From IMG/VR virus record IMGVR_UViG_3300049846_001081: DNA of 64,000 nt. The stretch is one strand, 5' to 3'. This DNA comes from a virus. Taxonomy: Duplodnaviria > Caudoviricetes. Under the pieces are notes generated by a model. The model did not search any database and had not been told where the DNA came from. It saw only the letters and a list, made by a program, of their open reading frames with translations. The translations under genes were made by a program, and so were the position numbers. Numbering within the stretch: the first letter of the stretch is position 1; each line of letters opens with the position of its first letter. Of the stretch, positions 57,510 to 64,000 are shown in pieces.

Positions 57510-57848
57510 ATGCCTAGACCAGTTAAAAACACTTCTGGATATTATGGGGATGGAAAAACAAAAAGAAATGCAGAAAATCATCGCCTAAATGTAATGATTC
57601 GTAGAGATAAACACAAACAACAATTAGTAGAATATTTTAATAATAAATGTAATGATTGTGGTCTAAGTTTTCCGATTTGTTGTTATGATTTTCACCACAT
57701 TGATTCTTCAACAAAATCTTTTGAAATTGCTCCAAGACTAGATGGGAATATTAACACTATAATGGAAGAGGTAAAAAAGTGCATAATGGTTTGTTCAAAC
57801 TGTCATAGAATTAGGCATTATAAAGAAAATAGAAGCAAATCAATCTAA
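57510..57848 (+). CDS. HNH endonuclease (zinc-binding, putative homing endonuclease)
   Basis: CNDCG..YDFHHID..CIMVCSNCHRIRH. Confidence 0.8.
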   Translation: MPRPVKNTSGYYGDGKTKRNAENHRLNVMIRRDKHKQQLVEYFNNKCNDCGLSFPICCYDFHHIDSSTKSFEIAPRLDGNINTIMEEVKKCIMVCSNCHRIRHYKENRSKSI

Positions 57849-57862
57849 ATACTTAAAAAAAG

Positions 57863-58417
57863 ATGGCAAAAGCATCTCAGATAGAAAATAGAAATTTTCT
57901 ATCACCTACAGGATTTAAATTTACATTAACAAGATTTCCTAAGGTATCTTTCTTCTGCAATGAGGCAAATATACCAGATATGACTTTAGGTATTGCAAAT
58001 CAACCGTCATATCTAAAGGATATTGATATTCCTGGAGATAAAATTATTTTTGGTGATTTGAATTTAAGATTTCTTGTTGATGAAAGTTTAGAAAATTATA
58101 ATACCATTCAAAACTGGATTCGTGGTCTTGGATATCCAGAAAAGTTAAGTCAGTTTGCAGATCTGAATAATTCTGAAGCATATGGTGGAGCAAACTATGT
58201 ACAAAAAGGTCTAAACATTTATTCCGACGCAACACTGCAGGTTTTAACTAGTAGTCAGATTCCAAATTTTCAAGTGCAATTCAAAGACTTATTTCCATAT
58301 TCATTAGCAACACTTACGTTTGATGCAACCCAAACAGACATACAATACTTTACAGCAGACGTAAGTTTCAAGTATACTATCTACAATATAACTGATTTAG
58401 GTGGCAATCCTTTATGA
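57863..58417 (+). CDS. gp3: Tail completion protein gp3
   Basis: NRNFLSPTGFKF; PGDKIIFGDLNLRFLVDE. Confidence 0.9.
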   Translation: MAKASQIENRNFLSPTGFKFTLTRFPKVSFFCNEANIPDMTLGIANQPSYLKDIDIPGDKIIFGDLNLRFLVDESLENYNTIQNWIRGLGYPEKLSQFADLNNSEAYGGANYVQKGLNIYSDATLQVLTSSQIPNFQVQFKDLFPYSLATLTFDATQTDIQYFTADVSFKYTIYNITDLGGNPL

Positions 58418-58851
58418 CCATTGATCTTGATAAAATTCAAGAAATGTGGGAAAAAGATTCAAAAATAGATCCAGACAATTTACATACAGAATCTTTAAAT
58501 ATCCCAGTTCTTCATGCAAAGTATTTTGAACTATACAATACAATATTTCTTTTGAGAAAAAAAGCAGAGCAACAAAAAAGAAATATTCGTCACGAAAGAT
58601 ATGAATACTATTCTGGAAAATCTGATCCAGAAGTTTATATAGATAATCCATTTCCAAAAAAGATTCGTGACAAGGATACAATGCAGAAGTATCTTGATGC
58701 AGATGAAAAACTTTCTACTGTCTGCTTAAAGATAGATTATTATGACACTATGCTCGTTTATATTGAAAGCATCTTAAAGATGATTCAAAATAGAACTTAT
58801 CAAATTAAAAATGCAATTGAGTTTATGAGATTTAACTCTGGACTGGGGTAA
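58414..58851 (+). CDS. uvsY: Recombination mediator UvsY
   Basis: WEKDSKID..LHAKY..NRTYQIKNAIEF. Confidence 0.92.
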   Translation: MTIDLDKIQEMWEKDSKIDPDNLHTESLNIPVLHAKYFELYNTIFLLRKKAEQQKRNIRHERYEYYSGKSDPEVYIDNPFPKKIRDKDTMQKYLDADEKLSTVCLKIDYYDTMLVYIESILKMIQNRTYQIKNAIEFMRFNSGLG

Positions 58852-58865
58852 ATAAATATTCACAG

Positions 58866-60350
58866 ATGAATGGGATCATCGTGAATACAACAGACCTTGT
58901 AATATCCAAATCAAACGAAGTATTTTTAAAGATACAAACAGAACCCCATATTGAATATGAACTAAGGGACCATTTCAAGTTTGAGGTTCCTAATGTGAAG
59001 TTCATGCCTCAATATAGAAATAGAAATTGGAATGGGGAAATTCATCTATATGATATGAGGTCCAAACAGATCTATGTTGGACTGTTGGATAAGATTGTCA
59101 ATTTTTGTGAGCAGTACGGATATTCTTATAAGTTTGAAAATAATAAATTTTATGGACAACCCTTTGAAGTCAATGAAACGATTTCATATGAGGGTGTTAA
59201 AGATTATATGCAATCTATTTGTGCCCATTCTCCGCGCCAGTATCAAGTAGAGGGAGTATATGATGCTTTAAAGCATAATAGAAAACTATTGATAAGCCCC
59301 ACTGCCAGTGGCAAATCGTTGATGATTTATTCTCTCGTAAGATATTATGTGGATAAAGGAGAAAAAATTCTTTTAGTTGTTCCAACGACATCTCTCGTAG
59401 AGCAGATGTACAAGGATTTCCTTGATTATGGTTGGGATGCTGATTCATATTGCCACAGAATTTATTCTGGTAGGGAGAAAACAAATGAATATCCAGTTAC
59501 AATTACAACTTGGCAATCAGTTTATAAACTAGAGCGTTCATTCTTTGAAGATTATGGTTGTATTATAGGTGATGAAGCTCATTTATTCAAGAGCAAATCT
59601 CTAATTGAGATTATGACTAAACTCCATCATGCAAAATATCGTTTTGGATTTACGGGAACTCTTGATGGAACACAAACTCATAAATGGGTTCTAGAAGGAT
59701 TATTTGGTCCATCATATAAAGTTACAAGAACTGATGAGTTGATGAGACAAGGACACTTATCTCAACTTGATATTCAATGTATTGTTCTTAAACATCCACC
59801 ACAAAAGTTTGAAACATATGAAGATGAGATACAATATCTAATCTCTCATGAACAGAGAAATAACTTTATTAAAAACCTTACTCTAGATCTAAAAGGCAAC
59901 ACACTTGTTCTTTTTTCTAGAGTAGAAGCACATGGAGCAATACTCTACGAAAAGATAAATAGTTCAAAGCGAGATGAACGTAAAGTATTCTTTGTTCATG
60001 GTGGCGTAGATGCAGAAGAAAGAGAACTAGTAAGGGAGATAACGGAGAGGGAAAACAACGCAGTTATCGTTGCTTCTTATGGAACTTTTTCTACTGGTAT
60101 CAACATTAAAAACCTCCATAATGTTATCTTTGCCTCTCCAAGTAAATCAAGAATCCGTAATCTTCAAAGTATTGGACGAGTTCTTAGAAAAGGAAAAGAC
60201 AAAGTAAAAGCAACACTTTATGATATTGCTGATGACTGTACTTATAACTCAAGAAAGAATTATACTTTAAATCACCTCATTGAAAGAATTAAAATCTATA
60301 ATGAAGAGAACTTCAACTATGAGATAATTACCATTCAATTAAAAAAATGA
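58866..60350 (+). CDS. uvsW: UvsW helicase
   Basis: SPTASGKS; GDEAH; GFTGT; STGINIKNLHN; QSIGRVLR. True start may be the GTG at 58881. Confidence 0.96.
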   Translation: MNGIIVNTTDLVISKSNEVFLKIQTEPHIEYELRDHFKFEVPNVKFMPQYRNRNWNGEIHLYDMRSKQIYVGLLDKIVNFCEQYGYSYKFENNKFYGQPFEVNETISYEGVKDYMQSICAHSPRQYQVEGVYDALKHNRKLLISPTASGKSLMIYSLVRYYVDKGEKILLVVPTTSLVEQMYKDFLDYGWDADSYCHRIYSGREKTNEYPVTITTWQSVYKLERSFFEDYGCIIGDEAHLFKSKSLIEIMTKLHHAKYRFGFTGTLDGTQTHKWVLEGLFGPSYKVTRTDELMRQGHLSQLDIQCIVLKHPPQKFETYEDEIQYLISHEQRNNFIKNLTLDLKGNTLVLFSRVEAHGAILYEKINSSKRDERKVFFVHGGVDAEERELVREITERENNAVIVASYGTFSTGINIKNLHNVIFASPSKSRIRNLQSIGRVLRKGKDKVKATLYDIADDCTYNSRKNYTLNHLIERIKIYNEENFNYEIITIQLKK

Positions 60351-60739
60351 TAGAAGAAGACTTTTATGCAACAGTTAAATTAAAAACCGGAGAGGAAATC
60401 TTCGCAAAAGTAGCAGCTTCAGAAGAAGAAGATAGAACAATATTGATTATTTCCAGTCCTATCATTGTCTCTGAAATTAAAGGAAGAACAGGTGTTGTTG
60501 GTTATAAAATAGAACCTTGGTTAAAAACAACAACAGAAGATATGTTTATTATCAATCTTGAAGATGTACTAACTCTTTCCGAATCTTCAGATATTGAAAT
60601 GATTATGATGTATCAAAACTATACCAGACAATCTAATAAAAGTAAAAATAATCAATCAAAAATTAATCGTAGGATGGGTTATATTTCAAATGTTAATGAT
60701 GCTAAAGAGATCTTAGAGAAACTCTTTAAAAATAGCTAA
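60347..60739 (+). CDS. Hypothetical protein (between uvsW and gp55)
   Basis: ATVKLKTGEEIFAKV, Sm-like-looking N-terminus. Confidence 0.75.
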   Translation: MIEEDFYATVKLKTGEEIFAKVAASEEEDRTILIISSPIIVSEIKGRTGVVGYKIEPWLKTTTEDMFIINLEDVLTLSESSDIEMIMMYQNYTRQSNKSKNNQSKINRRMGYISNVNDAKEILEKLFKNS

Positions 60740-60790
60740 AGCTAATCTTTTCAACCCTGACAAAGGTTATTGTACACACTTTTAAGTACC

Positions 60791-60819
60791 TTGTCAAGCA
60801 TTTATTAAAGTGCTATAAT
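60791..60819 (+). promoter_or_regulatory. Sigma70-like promoter for gp55
   Basis: TTGTCA, 17-bp spacer, TATAAT with extended TG. Confidence 0.75.
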
Positions 60820-60843
60820 TCATACATATTATGAGTTAAACTA

Positions 60844-61380
60844 ATGATAACCACAGCAATTATGACCAAAAGAAAAAGGTCAGAGCATTACGTTAACAAT
60901 AAAGAATTTCTTGCTGCCCTTATCAAATATCGTGAAGACGTTGAAATCACCTTCATTCAAAAGTATGGTAGAGAACCAACGAAAGAAGACAGAGGAAAGT
61001 CTTGGGATACAAAACCACCTATTCCACGCTACATCGGTGAGTGTTTCCTAAAGATTGCAAATCATTTATCTTTCAAACCAAACTTCGTGAACTATATGTT
61101 CAAGGAAGATATGATTTCGGATGGTATTGAAAATTGCGTTCAGTATATTCATAACTTCAATCCTGAGAAGTCACAGAATCCATTTGCCTACTTTACTCAA
61201 ATCATTCACTATGCCTTTGTCCGTAGGATTGGTAAAGAAAAGCGTCAGTTAGAAATCAAGAACAAAATTCTTGAACGTTCTGGGTACTCTGAAGTTTTTG
61301 AAGATAACTCACTTGACGGTAGCAACTATAGCGACTATAATAGCATTAAGGATAACGTACACTCTAAACTCCGCTATTGA
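60844..61380 (+). CDS. gp55: Late-transcription sigma factor gp55
   Basis: HYVNNKEF; NFVNYMFKEDMISDGIENC; NPFAYFTQI. Confidence 0.97.
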   Translation: MITTAIMTKRKRSEHYVNNKEFLAALIKYREDVEITFIQKYGREPTKEDRGKSWDTKPPIPRYIGECFLKIANHLSFKPNFVNYMFKEDMISDGIENCVQYIHNFNPEKSQNPFAYFTQIIHYAFVRRIGKEKRQLEIKNKILERSGYSEVFEDNSLDGSNYSDYNSIKDNVHSKLRY

Positions 61381-62421
61381 ATGAAAGTCGCAATTATTAC
61401 CGACCAGCACTTCGGAGCAAGAAAGAATTCTAAACTCTTTCATGATTACTTTCTGAAGTTTTATAATGATGTATTTTTCCCAACTTTAGTGGAACAGGGA
61501 ATTACTACAGTTGTAGATATGGGAGATACCTTTGATAGCCGTAAAGGTATTGATTTTTCTGCACTTTCGTGGGCAAAGAATAATTATTATGACCGTCTTC
61601 AGGAGATGGGAGTAAAAGTTCATACAATTGTCGGTAATCATACTGCATACTATAAGAACACTAACCAAGTAAATGCTGTTGATTTGCTTCTACGTGAGTA
61701 TGACAATGTAACTGTATATTCAGAACCAACTGAAGTGATGTTGGGTAAACTGCCCGTACTCTTTATACCCTGGATAAATCAAGAAAACGAAGAAAATACT
61801 TTAAAACTGATTCAAAAGACATCTTGCAAATGTGCAATGGGACACCTTGAACTTCAAGGTTTTAGGGTGAATAAACAAATCGTCATGGAGCACGGTTTGG
61901 AAAGTAAACTCTTTGGTAAGTTTACCCGCGTTTATTCTGGACATTATCACACTCGATCTGATAATGGAACAGTCTTCTATCTAGGAAATCCATATGAGAT
62001 GTTCTGGAATGATGTAAACGATACTCGCGGATTTCATATCTTTGATACTGAAACGGTAACTCACGAACCTATTAATAATCCTTTCCGTCTATTTTATAAT
62101 ATTTACTATGAGGATACAAATTATCAAACCTTTGATACTCGTGAATATGAAAATAAAATTGTAAAGGTAATTGTTCGTAAGAAGTCAGATACTAAGAAGT
62201 TTGAAAAGTTTATTGATAAGTTATACTCTTCCAATATTGCAGAACTTAAAGTTGTTGAAAATTTTGTTATTCAAGAATCTGAAGAGTTTGAAGCATTTGA
62301 ATCAGAAGATACTTTATCTATTTTGAATAGATATATTGAGGAGGCAGAAATTAGTCTTGATAAATCAATGATTCAAAAAATGATACAAGAGATCTATCAG
62401 GAAGCGTGTGAATTAGTTTAA
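61381..62421 (+). CDS. gp47: Recombination endonuclease subunit gp47 (Mre11/SbcD-like)
   Basis: ITDQHFG; GDTFD; VGNH; SGHYH. Confidence 0.97.
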   Translation: MKVAIITDQHFGARKNSKLFHDYFLKFYNDVFFPTLVEQGITTVVDMGDTFDSRKGIDFSALSWAKNNYYDRLQEMGVKVHTIVGNHTAYYKNTNQVNAVDLLLREYDNVTVYSEPTEVMLGKLPVLFIPWINQENEENTLKLIQKTSCKCAMGHLELQGFRVNKQIVMEHGLESKLFGKFTRVYSGHYHTRSDNGTVFYLGNPYEMFWNDVNDTRGFHIFDTETVTHEPINNPFRLFYNIYYEDTNYQTFDTREYENKIVKVIVRKKSDTKKFEKFIDKLYSSNIAELKVVENFVIQESEEFEAFESEDTLSILNRYIEEAEISLDKSMIQKMIQEIYQEACELV

Positions 62422-62693
62422 TGTTTATCATCACGATTAATGGTAAAGAAAAAGAAGGAGCATATTCCGTAACAGATGATGAAGGAGATCAGATATTGTA
62501 TCTCTTCCAAGAAGAAGATGATGCGGTAAGGTATGCTATGATGTTAGAAGAAGATGGATATCCAGAAATGCACGTCATTGAAATTGAAGACGATGTAATG
62601 CTCAAAACCTGTGAACTTCACGGGTATCAATATGCACTTATTACTCCCGATGATATCGTAATTCCTCCCGATACTGATTATGATTTTATTTAA
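62421..62693 (+). CDS. Hypothetical acidic protein
   Basis: 90-aa ORF between gp47 and gp46. Confidence 0.75.
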   Translation: MFIITINGKEKEGAYSVTDDEGDQILYLFQEEDDAVRYAMMLEEDGYPEMHVIEIEDDVMLKTCELHGYQYALITPDDIVIPPDTDYDFI

Positions 62694-64000
62694 AACTATA
62701 AAGTGGAAAAATTTCTTAAGTACAGGAAATCACTATACTGAAGTTGATTTTACACAAAACAAAACTAATTTGATTATTGGTACGAATGGTGCAGGTAAGA
62801 GCACAGTATTGGATGCTCTTACTTTTTCTTTGTTTGGAAAACCATTTCGTAAGATTAATAAACCACAACTTATTAATTCAACTAATGATAAAGATTGTAA
62901 GGTTGAGGTGGAGTTTTCTATAGGTTCTACGGAATGGAAAGTAATTCGTGGAATCAAACCTGCTGTATTTGAAATTTGGAGAAATGATTCTGTATTGGAT
63001 CAGTCTGCTGCCGCTTTGGATCAGCAAAAATGGTTAGAACAAAATGTTCTTAAAATGAACTATAAGTCTTTTACTCAGATTGTAATTCTGGGTTCAAGCA
63101 CTTTTGTTCCCTTTATGCAACTTCCTGCATCTCATCGTCGTGAGGTCATTGAAGACTTGCTTGATATTAAAATCTTTTCTTCTATGAATACTGTAATTAA
63201 GGAAAAGATTCGTCAGGCAAAAGAGGAGGTTAAAACTTTAGAACTGAAAAAGGAAAACTTGAAAGATAAAGTTGAAATGCAAAAGAACTTTATTGAAGAG
63301 TTGGAGAATCGTGGTAATGCCAATATTAATGCCAACAAGGAAAAGATTACCAATTTAGATGAAGAAATTGATAATTATATAAAAGAAAATGAATCTACAG
63401 AAGAACCCCTTCAGCAACTTATTCGTGAACAAGATGTAATCACAGGATATGCTGAAAAACTTCGTAAGTTGGGAAATCTTAAAGGTAAGATATCTCAGAA
63501 AGTATCTACTCTTACTAAAGAGCATAAGTTCTTCACGGAAAATACGGTATGCCCTACTTGCACTCAATCTATTGAAGAGACCTTCAGAATAAATAGAATC
63601 AAGGACGCTCAAGATAAAGTAAAGGAGTTGCAATCTGGTTATAAAGAACTGGAAGAGGCAATTAAAGAGGAAGAGAAGCGAGAGCGTCAATTTAATACTC
63701 TGTCTAAGGAGATTACAAAACTAACTAATGGCATTTCTCAAAACAATATCAAGATTTCTGGATGTCAGAGACAAATCAGAGATCTTGAACATGAAATTCA
63801 AGTTCTTACCGAGAACCTTGCAAACCGAAATTCTGAACATGAGAAGTTAGAATCCTTTAAAGACAACTTAAAAACTACATACGACGAACTCGCTTCTAAA
63901 AAAGACTCAATTAACTATTACGATTTTACGTATAGTTTGCTTAAGGACGGTGGAGTAAAATCCAAAATCATTAAGAAGTATCTACCGCTGATAAATCAGC
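62680..64000 (+). CDS. gp46: Recombination endonuclease subunit gp46 (Rad50/SbcC-like), 3'-truncated
   Basis: Hand-translated from ATG 62680: MILFKTIKWKNFLSTGN..GTNGAGKS Walker A; CPTC hook at about 63551; absent from the ORF track, presumably because no stop occurs in the window. Confidence 0.95.
   Translation, partial: MILFKTIKWKNFLSTGNHYTEVDFTQNKTNLIIGTNGAGKSTVLDALTFSLFGKPFRKINKPQLINSTNDKDCKVEVEFSIGSTEWKVIRGIKPAVFEIWRNDSVLDQSAAALDQQKWLEQNVLKMNYKSFTQIVILGSSTFVPFMQLPASHRREVIEDLLDIKIFSSMNTVIKEKIRQAKEEVKTLELKKENLKDKVEMQKNFIEELENRGNANINANKEKITNLDEEIDNYIKENESTEEPLQQLIREQDVITGYAEKLRKLGNLKGKISQKVSTLTKEHKFFTENTVCPTCTQSIEETFRINRIKDAQDKVKELQSGYKELEEAIKEEEKRERQFNTLSKEITKLTNGISQNNIKISGCQRQIRDLEHEIQVLTENLANRNSEHEKLESFKDNLKTTYDELASKKDSINYYDFTYSLLKDGGVKSKIIKKYLPLINQ

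Noticed and set aside
45052-60350. Introns or inteins in gp17, gp20, gp23 or uvsW
   Set aside because: ORFs are uninterrupted and of ordinary length, and no intein splice motifs or LAGLIDADG blocks were seen.
1426-63690. Numerous minus-strand and nested ORFs in the track (e.g. 1604..2122, 2624..3145, 4917..5477, 63355..63690)
   Set aside because: They are shadows of well-supported plus-strand genes, with no motifs or promoters of their own. Only 4348..4794 has independent support.
1-64000. tRNA/rRNA genes, diversity-generating retroelement, transposase, photosynthesis genes
   Set aside because: None was recognisable by eye: no cloverleaf, RT motifs or TR/VR pair seen. A tRNAscan or Infernal run would be needed to exclude RNAs in the intergenic gaps near 12-13.3 kb.

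Overview
This window is a 64-kb slice of a T4-like myovirus genome. Gene order and the large baseplate proteins resemble cyanomyoviruses (Kyanoviridae-like); that host assignment is inference, and no photosynthesis genes are in the window. From about 15.6 kb to the end is the conserved morphogenesis and recombination block: gp25-gp6-gp7-gp8-VrlC-like, gp13-gp14-gp15-gp16-gp17-gp18-gp19-gp20-gp67, gp21-gp22-gp23, gp3-uvsY-uvsW-gp55-gp47-gp46 (truncated). It carries T4-type late promoters and one inserted HNH gene. The first ~13.5 kb is an accessory region of small, tightly packed genes. The main observation is 11 near-identical direct copies of a 39-bp element (AATTAAAGTTACTCACCTYBAAAGTGTYCTAGTAGTATG) between 977 and 12593, dividing the region into 0.4-1.9 kb modules. 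The left end of each copy overlaps or lies within 9 nt of the upstream stop codon. The right end supplies the in-frame ATG of the next gene in 7 of 11 copies. One module is exactly a putative restriction endonuclease plus methyltransferase pair. Others carry small acidic proteins, an SF2 helicase, an RNA-ligase-like protein, an HTH protein and a protein with a T4 capsid-targeting-like N-terminus. This looks like a repeat-delimited, shufflable gene-cassette array. No recombinase is visible in the window, so the mechanism is untested. No CRISPR array, tRNA or rRNA was seen. All calls were made by eye with no database searches.
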